A stretch of DNA of 64,000 nucleotides from an uncultured Actinomycetes bacterium (GCA_963723855.1 CAVRSI010000019.1:7107-71106); one strand, 5' to 3'; counted from the first letter of the stretch, positions 27,072 through 37,581 are shown. Translations and numbers: made by a program. Notes: a model not told the origin generated them from the letters alone.

Positions 27072-28691
27072 TTACGCGCGCCGCTTCTTGACGCCCTTGT
27101 CCTTCAGGATCTCGCGAACGCAGTGGTGGCCGGGCATGCCCGTCACGCCGCCCCCCGCGTGGGTGGCGCTCGACGCCTGGTACAGCCCGCGGATCGGCGT
27201 GCGGTAGTCCGCGTATCCCGGCGCCGGCCGCATGTGGAACAGCTGGTCCACCGTCAGCTCCCCGTGGAAGATGTTGCCGCCGATCAGTCCCCAATCCTGC
27301 TGCATCTGCCTCGGCCCGATGATCTGGCGGTGCATGATCGAACCCTTGAAGTTCGGCGCGACCGCGTTCATCCGGTCGATCAGCCGGTCGGCGTACGCCT
27401 CCAGGTCGGCTTCGTGTCCGTCCTCGTCCGCCCACTCGGCCGGCACCCACTGCGTGAACATCGACATCACGTGCACGCCTTCCGGCGCAAGGGTCTTGTC
27501 GAACACGGTCGGGATCGCCGTGTCGCTGAACGGCAGCGTGGCCGCCTGCCCGAACCGCGCCTCCTGGAACGCCTTCTCGAGGTAGTCCAGGTCGTCGAGC
27601 ACCTGGATCGCCCCGCCGTGGATGTCAGGGTCGAACCCCGGATCGGCCGTGAACTCGGGGAGCTCGGCGAGCGCCAGGTTGATCTTCACCGTGCCGGAGC
27701 GGGTGCGCCAGTTCTCGATGTCCTCGACGAACGTCGTCGGGAGCTGCGAGCGTTCGATCTGCTCCAGGAACGTGATCTTCGGGTGGATCGCGGTGACGAC
27801 GAGTGGGGCGGACAGCTCCTCGCCGCCGTCGAGCGCGACACCGACGGTGCGCCCGTCGCGGACCAGCACCCGCTCGACCCGTGCGTTCGTTCGGATCTCG
27901 GCGCCGAACGACTGCGCCGCAGCGGCACACGCGTCGCCGACCGCGCCCATGCCGCCCTCGGGGTAGCCCCAGCTGGCGATCTCGCCGTCGCCGATGTCCC
28001 CGACCGAGTGGTGCATCATCACGTACGCCGTCCCGGGCGCGTCGGGACCCGACCAGGTGCCGATGATCCCGTTCACCGACTGCAGCCCGATGAACACGTC
28101 GTTCTCGAACCAGCGTCGCAGCAGATCGGTCGCGCTCATCGTGAACAGCCGGGTGATGTCGGCCACCGTCTGCTGGTCGACCTCCTTGCGGAGCTGCCAG
28201 CCGAGCTGGGCGATGTCCTTGATGTCGCTCGCCTTCTTCGAGCCGAGATGCGGCGGCGTCTCCATCAGCAGCGGCCCCATGATGTTGGCGATCCGGCCGA
28301 TCCACGCCTCGAACTTCGGCCACTGGTCGGCGTCGTGCTTGGAGAACTTCGCGATCGACTCGTGGTCCTTGCGCGCGTCGCCCGACTGCAGGATCGAGCC
28401 GTCGGGCAGCGGGAGGTAGCCCATGCCCTGCGGGTGGACCTTGTAGCCGAACCGCTCGAGGTTGAGGTCGCGCTGGATCGAGGGCGGCATCAGGCTCATC
28501 ACGTAGCTGAGCGTGGTGACCTTGATGTCGGGCGCCTCCGGCCACGGGGCCATGGTGTCGGCGGCCCCGCCCGTCTTGTGGCGGGCCTCCAGGACGACGG
28601 TCCGGGCGCCGTACTTCGCCAGGTAGGCCGCGGCGACCAGGCCGTTGTGGCCGCCGCCGATGACGATCGCGTCGTAGCTGTTCGCAGGCAA
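27072..28691 (-). CDS. CrtI/phytoene-desaturase-family FAD-dependent oxidoreductase
   Basis: YDAIVIGGGHNGLVAAAYLAKYG dinucleotide fold, about 540 aa, and a C-terminal GLYQASSATHAGGGVTG motif. A TTG start at 28691 sits behind a GGAG. Confidence 0.8.
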   Translation of the reverse strand: MPANSYDAIVIGGGHNGLVAAAYLAKYGARTVVLEARHKTGGAADTMAPWPEAPDIKVTTLSYVMSLMPPSIQRDLNLERFGYKVHPQGMGYLPLPDGSILQSGDARKDHESIAKFSKHDADQWPKFEAWIGRIANIMGPLLMETPPHLGSKKASDIKDIAQLGWQLRKEVDQQTVADITRLFTMSATDLLRRWFENDVFIGLQSVNGIIGTWSGPDAPGTAYVMMHHSVGDIGDGEIASWGYPEGGMGAVGDACAAAAQSFGAEIRTNARVERVLVRDGRTVGVALDGGEELSAPLVVTAIHPKITFLEQIERSQLPTTFVEDIENWRTRSGTVKINLALAELPEFTADPGFDPDIHGGAIQVLDDLDYLEKAFQEARFGQAATLPFSDTAIPTVFDKTLAPEGVHVMSMFTQWVPAEWADEDGHEADLEAYADRLIDRMNAVAPNFKGSIMHRQIIGPRQMQQDWGLIGGNIFHGELTVDQLFHMRPAPGYADYRTPIRGLYQASSATHAGGGVTGMPGHHCVREILKDKGVKKRRA

Positions 28692-28790
28692 GATTGAATC
28701 TCCATTCAAACCGGGATGGGCGAAGCCTAACAGCGGTCCGGGTCCGAACGGAAGCCGGCAGGCGCGAGCCGTGCAACGTTCGCGGCCTTC

Positions 28791-28818
28791 CCTGACACCA
28801 TGTGCCTGACACCATGTG
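28791..28818. promoter_or_regulatory. Perfect tandem duplication of a 14-nt unit (cctgacaccatgtg x2) in the divergent crtI-like/msrA intergenic region
   Basis: Read directly from the sequence: units at 28791-28804 and 28805-28818, 24 to 51 nt upstream of the msrA ATG. Confidence 0.4.
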
Positions 28819-28841
28819 GTTGAGCGAAAGGAGCGTGGATC

Positions 28842-29363
28842 ATGACGACACAGACCGTGACGTTCGGAGCCGGCTGCTTCTGGGGCGTCGAGTACGTGTT
28901 CCGGCGGGTGCCCGGGGTGACGGGCGTCGAGGTCGGGTACGCCGGCGGCATCACCCCGAACCCGACGTACCAGGAGGTCTGCTCCCACACGACGGGCCAC
29001 GCCGAGGTCCTTCGCGTGATGTTCGACGACGAGCAGGTCTCGTTCGATCAGTTGCTCGAGGTGTTCTGGGCGATGCACGATCCGACGCAGGTGAACCGGC
29101 AGGGTCCGGACGTCGGCGACCAGTACCGGAGCGCGATCTTCACGTCGACCGACGAGCAGTTGGCGGCCGCGAAGGCCTCGAAGGAGCGCGCGCAGGAGCG
29201 GTTCGACCGGCCGATCGCGACCGAGATCCGACCGGCGCCGGAGTTCTACCCGGCCGAGGACTACCACCAGGCGTACTACGAGAAGAACGGCCACACGCCG
29301 TACTGCCACGTGGTGCCGGTCAAGGTCCTCGAGGAGCAGGGGTTGCTCCCCGCTCGCAGCTGA
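28842..29363 (+). CDS. msrA: Peptide-methionine (S)-S-oxide reductase
   Basis: Catalytic motif GAGCFWGVE, followed by GYAGG...NPTYQEVCS..TGHAEV. Confidence 0.9.
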   Translation: MTTQTVTFGAGCFWGVEYVFRRVPGVTGVEVGYAGGITPNPTYQEVCSHTTGHAEVLRVMFDDEQVSFDQLLEVFWAMHDPTQVNRQGPDVGDQYRSAIFTSTDEQLAAAKASKERAQERFDRPIATEIRPAPEFYPAEDYHQAYYEKNGHTPYCHVVPVKVLEEQGLLPARS

Positions 29364-29381
29364 CGAACGAACGCACGAAGG

Positions 29382-29413
29382 CCGCGTCACCGGGGGTTCA
29401 CCCGATGACGCGG
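29382..29413. terminator. GC-rich hairpin between convergent msrA and dhaK (possible bidirectional terminator)
   Basis: Arms ccgcgtca/tgacgcgg plus inner cggg/cccg. No clear U-tract. Confidence 0.35.
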
Positions 29414-29434
29414 TCCTCCCGCGCGAGCCGCTCT

Positions 29435-30431
29435 CTAGAACGTGCGAACGGCCACCTCCGCCGGTGCCTCGAGCAGCGAGATCGAGCTCGTCGTCGAGCT
29501 TCACGAGCGTCACCGAGCAGCCCGCCATGTCGAGCGACGTGCAGTACTCGCCGACGTAGCTGCGTCCGACGTTGATCCCGCGCGACGAGAGCTGATCGTG
29601 CGCCCGGCCGTAGAGCAGGTACAGCTCGCTGATCGGCGTGCCGCCGAGCCCGTTGATCATGAGGGCCACGTTGTCGCCCTTGCCGAACGGGAGGTCCGAC
29701 GCGGTCGCCTCGACCAGCTCGTCGACGATCGCGTTCGCGTCGGCGAGCTTCTCGCGCCGCCGTCCGGGCTCGCCGTGGATGCCCACGCCCATCTCCATCT
29801 CGTCGTCGCCGAGCTCGAACAGCGGCGAGCCCTTCGCCGGCGGCGTGCACGACGTGAGCGCCATGCCCATGGTCCGCGTGACCGAGTTGACCCGTTCGCC
29901 CAACGCGACCAGGTCCTTGAGCTCGGCCCCCTTCTCCGAGGCCGCGCCGATCGCCTTGATCACGAAGAAGTTGCCGGCGACACCGCGGCGTCCGACGGTC
30001 CACGTGGAGTCCTTGACGGCGACGTCGTCATCGACGATCACGGTCCCGATCGTGATGCCCTCGGCCTCGGCCATCTCGGCGCCCATCTCGAACGCCATCC
30101 GGTCGCCGGTGTAGTTGTTGATCAGGTGGAGGACGCCCTTCTTGGAGTTGAGCAGCTTGGTCGTCTCCAGGACGTAGTCCATCGGCGGCGCTGCGAACAC
30201 GTCGCCCGGACACGCGGCGTCGAGCATCCCCTTGCCGACGATCATCACGTGGGCGGGCTCATGGCCGGACCCCGACCCCTGGACGATCGAGACCTTGTTG
30301 TCGCTCGGCGCGTCGCTCCGCATGATCAGGTTGTACTCGGGCACGTACTTGAGCGTGTCCGGGTTCGCCAGCGCGATGCCTTTGAGCATCTCCGGCACGA
30401 ACTCCTTCGGGTCGTTGACGAACTTCTTCAT
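29435..30431 (-). CDS. dhaK: Dihydroxyacetone-kinase family, DhaK (substrate-binding) subunit; frame disrupted near 29475
   Basis: MKKFVNDP...VSIVQGSGSGHEPAH...NYTGD. The C-terminus LVKLDDELDL continues as LLEAPAEVAVRTF-stop only after a 1-nt shift. A strong SD lies before the ATG. Confidence 0.85.
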
Positions 30432-30444
30432 GCGTGTCCCCTCC

Positions 30445-31092
30445 TTACTCGCCGGCCGCCCATGCGTCGGCGACCTGTTCGAACATGACCGCGACGGCGA
30501 TCGCCCCCGCGTCCAGCGTCCCGATGCTGCGCTCCCCCGTGTACGATGCGCGGCCGCGCTTGGCGAGCATCGTCTTCGTCGCCTCCGCCTGATCCCGCGC
30601 CGTCGTCGCCGCCCGGCGGATCGCAACGGCGGCGTCGTCTCCCTCTCCCAGCGCCTTCTCCAACTCGTCGACGGCCGGCACCAGGGCATCGAGCAACGTC
30701 TTGTCGCCCAGATCCGAGTTGCCGCGCTTCATGACGCCCTCGATCGCGGCCCGGAGCATCGCGAGCGCGTCGTCCGACGTGAGCTCGGTCTTGTCCCCGG
30801 CCACCGCACCGGCCCGCAGGAACGCGGTTCCCCAGAGCGGGCCGGACGTGCCGCCGACCCGGCTGGTGATCACGACGGCGATCTTCTTGAGGAACGTCCC
30901 GATATCGGTGCGGTCGAACGTATCCCAGTCGGACAGCACGATCTCGAAGCCCCGCGCCATCGAGTAACCGAAGTCGCCGTCGCCGACGACGGCATCCAGG
31001 TCGCCGAAGTACTTCTCGTTGTCGACCGCGGTCTGTGCCATCGTCCGCACGACCAGTTCGACCTTGTTCGGACTCGCTTCCTCCATCCACAC
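30445..31092 (-). CDS. dhaL: Dihydroxyacetone-kinase family, DhaL (nucleotide-binding) subunit
   Basis: LDAVVGDGDFGYSM, GGTSGPLWG and GDKTLLDAL motifs. Confidence 0.85.
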   Translation of the reverse strand: MWMEEASPNKVELVVRTMAQTAVDNEKYFGDLDAVVGDGDFGYSMARGFEIVLSDWDTFDRTDIGTFLKKIAVVITSRVGGTSGPLWGTAFLRAGAVAGDKTELTSDDALAMLRAAIEGVMKRGNSDLGDKTLLDALVPAVDELEKALGEGDDAAVAIRRAATTARDQAEATKTMLAKRGRASYTGERSIGTLDAGAIAVAVMFEQVADAWAAGE

Positions 31093-31128
31093 CTCCCGAT
31101 CGCTAGCTCCGATGCACGCGTTGAGCGG

Positions 31129-31895
31129 TCAGAGCACGACTGCAGGTCCTCGAGCGAGACGAAGTCCCCGGGCTCGCGGACGCCGTGGTTGGCGAGCACC
31201 TTGGTCCGCTCTCCTTCCGGATCGCCCAGCGACGAGACGACCAGCACCGCCTCCGAGAAGTCCTCGTCTCCCGTGTAGCTGCTGACCGTGACGACGCAGG
31301 CCAGGTCCGCGCCGACGGCCGCGAGCATCCCGTTGCGGGAATCCTCGATCACGAGCGCATCGGCGGGCTCGACGCCGAGCCGCGTGAGCGCGAGCTGATA
31401 GATGTCGGGAGCCGGCTTCTTCTTGGGGACCACGTCGCCCGCCAGGACCAGCGCGAAGCGGGCGGCCTGGTCGGCGCCCGCCACGTGATCGAGCACGGCC
31501 CGGACGGACGCTTCCGACGACGTCGACGCGACCGCGAGCGACCACCCGGCATCGAGGGCCGCCGTGATGATCCGCGCGACACCCGGCCGCGCCGGCAGCC
31601 GGCCGGCGGCGACCATCTCCGTGTAGATCTCGGTCTTGCGCCGGTGCCACTCGGCGAGCATCGCCCGCTGACCTTCGGGATCGGCCGGGAGCCCGTTGTC
31701 GCGGACGAAGTCCTCCGTCAGGAGGCTGGCCATCCGTTCCTTGCCGCCGGCGATCCTGAGCTTCTCGCCGTACTCCTCCTCGGACCACTCCACGGGGAGG
31801 CCGAACTCCTCGAACATGCGGTTGAACGCCGGAAGGTGCCCGTCACGCTCCGTGTCGGCCAGCACCCCGTCGCAATCGAAGATGAGCGCGGTCAC
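31129..31895 (-). CDS. HAD-superfamily phosphatase (CbbY/beta-phosphoglucomutase-like); 3' end uncertain
   Basis: Motif [14 protein letters not shown], motif IV-like VIEDSRNG. The GTG start overlaps the fba stop (GTGA). The in-frame stop lies only at 30870, inside dhaL, so a late frame switch to the stop at 31129 is suspected. Confidence 0.7.
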
Positions 31896-32752
31896 CAGGC
31901 CTTGCCCTCGCTCCCGAACCGTCGGATGTGGTCCTGGGCCATGTCGACGATGTTGGTCCGAACGTGCGTGAACAGCGACGGCGGGTCCCACTTGTCGGCG
32001 GCCTCCGCCTCGCGCAGGTAGGCGAGGTTGGACTTCATGTATCGCCGCTTGAGCGCCGTGGAGATGTTCACCTTCGCGCAGCCGCGCGCGATCAGGTCGG
32101 CGAACTGCTCGTCCGTCATGCCGCTCCCGCCGTGCAACGCGATCGGGATGGGCTCCGCCTCGACGATGTCGGTCACGCGTTGAGCGTCGAGCGTCGGAGC
32201 GCTCGCGTACATCCCGTGCGCGTTGCCGATCGCGGGCGCGAAGCAGTCGATCCCCGTCTCCCGGATGAAGGCGAGCGCGACGTCGAGCGACTGTCGCGTG
32301 GACTCGTCGTCCGAGCCGACACCGTCCTCGACGCCCTTGATGCCTTCGATCTCGCCCTCGACGTGCGCGCCGTACCGGCGCGCCTCCGCCACGACCTCCT
32401 TCGTCTGCCGCTGGTTCTCTTCGACGGGGAGGGACGAGGCATCGAACAGGACGGAGTTCCAGCCGCCCTCCAGGCACGACGTGATCACGTCGCGCTCGGG
32501 GCAGTGATCCAGGTGCAGCGTGACGGGAACCTCGATGCCGGCCGTCATCGTGTGCCACATGCCGTAGAGCACGTCCCGGCCGATCGACTTCACGGTCTTG
32601 ACCGACGTCTGCACGATCACCGGCGCGCGGAGGTCGACGGCGGCGGCCAGGACGGCCTCGAGCGTGAGGTCGTTGACGATGTTGAACGCCGCCACGCCGT
32701 AGCGCTCCTTGAACGCGCGGTCGAGGACGTCCTTCAATGGAACGACAGGCAT
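31892..32752 (-). CDS. Class II ketose-bisphosphate aldolase (fructose/tagatose-bisphosphate aldolase family)
   Basis: YGVAAFN, the metal-ligand context TLHLDHC, and ALHGGSG. Confidence 0.85.
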   Translation of the reverse strand: MPVVPLKDVLDRAFKERYGVAAFNIVNDLTLEAVLAAAVDLRAPVIVQTSVKTVKSIGRDVLYGMWHTMTAGIEVPVTLHLDHCPERDVITSCLEGGWNSVLFDASSLPVEENQRQTKEVVAEARRYGAHVEGEIEGIKGVEDGVGSDDESTRQSLDVALAFIRETGIDCFAPAIGNAHGMYASAPTLDAQRVTDIVEAEPIPIALHGGSGMTDEQFADLIARGCAKVNISTALKRRYMKSNLAYLREAEAADKWDPPSLFTHVRTNIVDMAQDHIRRFGSEGKAW

Positions 32753-32846
32753 GGCAACCCTCCGAAGCCGGCCGGACGCTCAGGGTAGGGGGCGTTCCGG
32801 CGGTGACGCATCGGGGAGATCCCCCGTCCGTGGATCGGGGATGTCC

Positions 32847-34707
32847 CTACCCGGCGACGCGCTCCCGCGCACGGGCCACCGCCTGCGTACGGTTCTGGGC
32901 GCCGAGCTTGCGCAGGATCGACCCCACGTGCTTCTCGACCGTCTTGACGGAGATGGTGAGCGCCGCTCGCGATCTCGCGGTCCGTGCAGCCCTCCTCGAG
33001 CAAGGCGAGCACCTGCCGCTCTCGCTCCGTGAACGAGATCACGTCGGCCGTGCCGTTGAGGAGGGAATGGAGCCGCTCGGTCGCCGGGCCCGATACGACC
33101 GTCTCCCCGCGGGAGGCGGCGCGAACGGCCCTGACCAGTTCGATCCCGGAAGCCTCCTTGCCGATGTACCCGCGCGCCCCAGCCCGGAAGGCGCCCGCGA
33201 CCAACTCCTCGCTGGCGAACGCCGTGAGCGCCACGACGCTCGCGTTCGCGTCTTCCGCACGGATCCGAGCGATGGCCTCGATCCCGTCGCCGCCGAGCAT
33301 CTGCAGGTCCATCAGCACGACGTCGGGTCGCAAGGTGCGCCATTCGCTGAGCGCCTGATCCCCGGACCCCGCCTCACCGACGACGTGCAGCCCGGGATCG
33401 GCCCGCGACAGCAGGCTCACGATGCCCGCCCTCGTCACGGCATGGTCGTCGACCACGAGGACCCGCACGGGGTCGGCCGTCCCGGCCGGCGCCTCGGGGA
33501 CGTCGGGCTCGGACGGGATCCAGGCACGGATCCGCGTGCCCCATCCCGGCGTCGATTCGAGATCGAGCGCGCCGCCGAGCAATCGGGCTCGCTCGGCCAT
33601 GCCGCCGAGCCCGAGGGCATGCTGCTCACCCTCGTCGTCGACCTGTGCCCGATCGAACCCCGCTCCGTCGTCCTGCACCAAGAGGGTGACGCCGGTGGGC
33701 GAGTACACCAGCCCCACACGCACCGACGTCGCTCGGGCGTGTCGGATCGCGTTCGTGAGGGCTTCCTGGGCGATCCGGAACAGCGTGTGGGCGATGTCGG
33801 GCGCGGGCACCGTCCGGCTGCCGGCGGTGACCAGCCGGGCGTCGATCACGCCGGTCCTGTTCGCCCAGGCGATCTCGAGCTCGAGCGCCTCCTCGAGCGA
33901 GCGGCCCTCCAAGGGCGACGGAGCGAGCCCGAGCACGCTCCGCCGGGTCTCCTCGAAGACGGCTTCGGCGGCGGACCGGGCCTCGGTGAGCGCCTCGTTC
34001 GCATCGTCGGGCAGGCCGTCGGCGATGGCCCCTTGTGCCGCTCGGAGTTGCAGCAGCACCGACACGAGACCCTGCGCGACCGTATCGTGCACCTCGCGAG
34101 CCATCCGGTTGCGCTCCGCCGCGGCGGCCTCGGCGCGGGCGTTCGATTCCGCGGCCTCGTGGAGACGCGCGTTGGTGATCGCGATCGCGGCGTGCTTGGC
34201 GAATAGCTCGAGCAGTTCGGCATCCTCGTCGACGAACGCCCGGCCGGGATCGCGCGTGAACACCACCAGGGAGCCGACGATATCCCCGCGCCACCAGATG
34301 GGGACGCCGATCACGCCCTTGAGCGCCTCCCGGTCCTCGGGACGGACGTGCCCGCCGGGAACGTCGCCGTAGTCCGCGAAGATCACCGGACCTCGCCGGG
34401 CCACGAGGGCGCCGGTGGTCCCCTCCGTGAGCGGGAACACCTTGCCGGACTGGCACGCGATCCCGATGTCGGCTTCCTTGCGGTAGACGCCGGCCGCCTC
34501 GTCAACCAGGCAGATCGAGCCGGCGTCGCAGCCGAGGAGCTCCGTCGAACGCTTGAGGATCCGTTCCAGGAGCGGGCGGAGAGACAGCTCGCCGGCCAGG
34601 TCCTCGATCACCGCGCTGAGCGCCTCGGCCGACTCCCGTCGATCGAGCGTCCCGCGACGCCGGATGGTGCCGTCCGATGCGCGCTCTCCGCTGGCGACCA
34701 TGATCAA
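32847..34707 (-). CDS. GAF-HisKA_3-HATPase kinase reading without a stop into a REC-LuxR response regulator (HTH frame-disrupted near 32960-32968)
   Basis: GAF domain; H-box AREVHDTVAQGL; HATPase (ALTNAIRHA, DDGAGF, GLGGMAERA). Then VRVLVVDDH...DVVLMDLQM (REC) and FTERERQVLALLEEGCTDREIA. After a shift the LuxR HTH continues as LTISVKTVEKHVGSILRKLGAQNRTQAV and stops at 32847. Confidence 0.75.
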
Positions 34708-34798
34708 CGAGGTCCGTTCCGGGAAGGGTCTCCTGCCAGAACCCTAGGGGCTTTCGTCCGAACGGGCAATCGGGCACATGCGACCCGCGACGACGCGG

Positions 34799-35470
34799 TC
34801 AACCGTCACGGAAGCCGATCACCTTGTGCGTGCCGTCGCAGAACGGCTTGTTGCTCGAACGGCCGCAGCGACAGAGCGTGACGCGGTTCCTGACCTCGTA
34901 GGTCGTGCCGTCCGCGGACTCGACGGGGATGCCGCCGCGGACCCAGAGCGGTCCGTCGCGGATCACGGCGATCGACGGTTCGAGGTCCGGCTCGTCGGGC
35001 TCCGCGTCGGCGGCCGCCGCGTGCGCGATCCGTCCCGACGGGCAGAGGTCGACCATGTGCTGGAGACGGGCGCGCACCTCGGGGTCCGATGTCCGCCGGA
35101 TCATCTCCCAGACGTCGGTGAACCGGTCCGCGCAATGCCCGGCGTGCGTGCAGAGCGACGTGTCGTCCGTCAGCACGACCCCGTCGCCCTTCAGAACCCT
35201 CGTGCGGTCAGCTCGAGGACGCCGGTCGGCCACCTCGGTCCCGTCGAACGCCGTCGTCTCGTGCGAGGAGTCGCAGAACGGCTTCCGGCTCGACCGCCCG
35301 CACCGGCACAGGTCGAACTCTTCCGGCGCGTCGACCGGCGTCGGATCCTCCCACCCGATCGGCTCGCCGAACTCCGTCTCGACCTGTGCGGTCCGCACGA
35401 GCGGCGGCGACCCGACGACCTCATAGGGACCGTCCTCCGCGATGCGGACGCGATAGCCGTGGTCGGACAC
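34799..35470 (-). CDS. CDGSH iron-sulfur domain protein (two CDGSH motifs flanking a Cys/His-rich middle domain)
   Basis: CRCGRSSRKPFCDSSH and CRCGRSSNKPFCDGTH, with central CTHAGHC...C. GTG start at 35470. Confidence 0.75.
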   Translation of the reverse strand: MSDHGYRVRIAEDGPYEVVGSPPLVRTAQVETEFGEPIGWEDPTPVDAPEEFDLCRCGRSSRKPFCDSSHETTAFDGTEVADRRPRADRTRVLKGDGVVLTDDTSLCTHAGHCADRFTDVWEMIRRTSDPEVRARLQHMVDLCPSGRIAHAAAADAEPDEPDLEPSIAVIRDGPLWVRGGIPVESADGTTYEVRNRVTLCRCGRSSNKPFCDGTHKVIGFRDG

Positions 35471-35531
35471 GCCGGGGAGCCTATCGTCACGTCGTAGACC
35501 GTGCGCATCCGGGGATGTAGGCTTCGAACAC

Positions 35532-37565
35532 ATGTTCGATGACCTCAACCCCGAGCAGCGATCCGCCGTGCTGTTCGGCGACGGACCCCTGCTGATCGTG
35601 GCCGGCGCCGGGACCGGCAAGACCACCACCCTCGCCTGTCGCGTCGGACACCTGGTGGAACGCGGTGTGCGTCCGGAGCGGGTCCTGCTGCTGACGTTCA
35701 GCCGGCGCGCCGCTCGCGAGATGCTCTCGCGGGCGCACCGCGCCACGGGCCAGCGAGAGACCGAGCGCGTGTGGGGCGGGACGTTCCACGCCGTTGCCAA
35801 CCGGTTGCTCCGTCTCCACGGACGCCCGCTCGGCCTGCGTCCCGACTTCACCGTGCTGGACCAATCCGACGGTGCCGACGTGATGAACCTGCTGCGCGAG
35901 GAGTCGGGGTTCGCCACGCGGGAACGGCGGTTCCCGCGCAAGGACACGCTCGCGTCGATCTACTCGCGGACGGTGAACGCCGGCGAGAAGCTCCCAGACG
36001 TGTTGAAGCGTCGCTACCCGTGGTGCGTGGACGAGATCGACGGGATCCGGCAGGTCTTCCAGGCATACACGGTCCGCAAGCGCGACCAGAACGTCCTGGA
36101 CTACGACGACCTGCTGCTGTTCTGGAAGGCGCTGGCGACCGCGCCCCAGACGCGCGACGCGCTGGCGTCCATGTTCGATCACGTGCTCGTCGACGAGTAC
36201 CAGGACACGAACGCGCTGCAGGCCGACATCCTGGAAGGGATGCGGCCTCCGGACACACCGCGCAACCTCACGGTGGTGGGCGACGACGCGCAGTCGATCT
36301 ACGCGTTCCGGGCCGCGACCGTGAAGAACATCCTGGAGTTCCCGACCAGGTTCGAGGGCGCCGCCGTGATCCGGTTGGAGCAGAACTACCGATCGATCCC
36401 GCCGATCCTCGCGGCGTCGAACGCCGCCATCGAGCTCTCGCCGCAACGTCACGAGAAGACCCTGTGGTCCTCGCGGGACGGCGCGAGACGGCCGATCCTC
36501 CGCACGTGCCTGGACGAGGCCGAGCAGTGCGACTTCGTGTGCCGGAGCGTGCTGCAGCATCGCGAGGAAGGCGTCCCCCTGAAGCAGCAAGCGGTCCTGT
36601 TCCGTGCGGCGCACCATTCGGACCTGCTCGAGGTGGAGCTGGCCCGGCGCAACATCCCGTTCGTGAAGTACGGCGGGTTGAAGTTCCTTGAGGCGGCGCA
36701 CGTGAAGGACGCGCTCTCATTGCTCCGCGTGCTGGAGAACCCGTTCGACGAGGTCAGCTGGTTCCGCGTGCTCCAGCTGCCGGAAGGGGTCGGACCCGCG
36801 ACGGCGCGGCGGTTGATGGACGAGCTGGGCGTGCGGCGCACGGACGACGACCAGCCCTCCCCGTTGCTGCGGTTCCTCGAGGAGCCGGTGGCCGTGCCCA
36901 AGGCGGCCGTGACCGGCGTCAAGGAGCTGCGCGCGACGCTGGGCGACTGCCTGGCCGACGAAACCATCATGCCCCCGGCCGCGCAGCTCGATCGCATCCG
37001 CGCGTTCCTCGAGCCGGTGTTCGCCCGCCGCTACGACGCGTCGGCCGCCCGGGCGCGCGACCTGGAACAGCTGGAACTGCTCGCGAGCGGGTACGACACG
37101 CGCGGGCGGTTCGTCTCGGAGCTGACGCTCGATCCCCCGTCCTCCACCGGCGACCTCGCCGGTCCGCCGCTCCTGGACGAGGACTGGCTCGTCCTCTCGA
37201 CCATCCACTCGGCCAAGGGCCTGGAATGGGACGTCGTCCACGTGATCCACGCGGCCGACGGCATGATCCCCTCCGATATGGCTACCGGAGACGACGATGA
37301 GATCGAGGAGGAGCGCCGCTTGTTGTACGTCGCCATGACGCGGGCGCGCGACGCGCTGATCGTCTCGTACCCGCAGCGCTACTACCGGCGACCGCGCGGG
37401 CTGGAGGACCCGCACAGCTACGCGCAGCTCACGCGGTTCCTGCCGGACCAGGTCCGCGTGCATTTCGACGAGGTCGCCCCCGATGTGATCCCGCTCCCCG
37501 ACGTCGACAGGATCGACGGGACCGCCGACGTCGACGCGTTCCTCGCCGGGCTCTGGGCGGACTGA
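35532..37565 (+). CDS. UvrD/Rep/PcrA-family ATP-dependent DNA helicase
   Basis: Walker A AGAGTGKTTT, motif II VDEYQDTN, GDDAQSIYAFRAA, NYRS, and the C-terminal TIHSAKGLEW...YVAMTRAR. Confidence 0.85.
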   Translation: MFDDLNPEQRSAVLFGDGPLLIVAGAGTGKTTTLACRVGHLVERGVRPERVLLLTFSRRAAREMLSRAHRATGQRETERVWGGTFHAVANRLLRLHGRPLGLRPDFTVLDQSDGADVMNLLREESGFATRERRFPRKDTLASIYSRTVNAGEKLPDVLKRRYPWCVDEIDGIRQVFQAYTVRKRDQNVLDYDDLLLFWKALATAPQTRDALASMFDHVLVDEYQDTNALQADILEGMRPPDTPRNLTVVGDDAQSIYAFRAATVKNILEFPTRFEGAAVIRLEQNYRSIPPILAASNAAIELSPQRHEKTLWSSRDGARRPILRTCLDEAEQCDFVCRSVLQHREEGVPLKQQAVLFRAAHHSDLLEVELARRNIPFVKYGGLKFLEAAHVKDALSLLRVLENPFDEVSWFRVLQLPEGVGPATARRLMDELGVRRTDDDQPSPLLRFLEEPVAVPKAAVTGVKELRATLGDCLADETIMPPAAQLDRIRAFLEPVFARRYDASAARARDLEQLELLASGYDTRGRFVSELTLDPPSSTGDLAGPPLLDEDWLVLSTIHSAKGLEWDVVHVIHAADGMIPSDMATGDDDEIEEERRLLYVAMTRARDALIVSYPQRYYRRPRGLEDPHSYAQLTRFLPDQVRVHFDEVAPDVIPLPDVDRIDGTADVDAFLAGLWAD

Positions 37566-37581
37566 CGGTACGCTACGCCGC

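Noticed and set aside
27072-30689. A 1205-aa ORF suggesting a giant DhaK-oxidoreductase fusion protein.
   Set aside because: Only the two ends are protein-like: DhaK at 29435-30431 and the CrtI-like enzyme at 27072-28691. The middle is antisense to msrA and reads as low-complexity sequence. DhaK gets its normal C-terminus and stop after a 1-nt shift, and the oxidoreductase has its own SD and TTG start.
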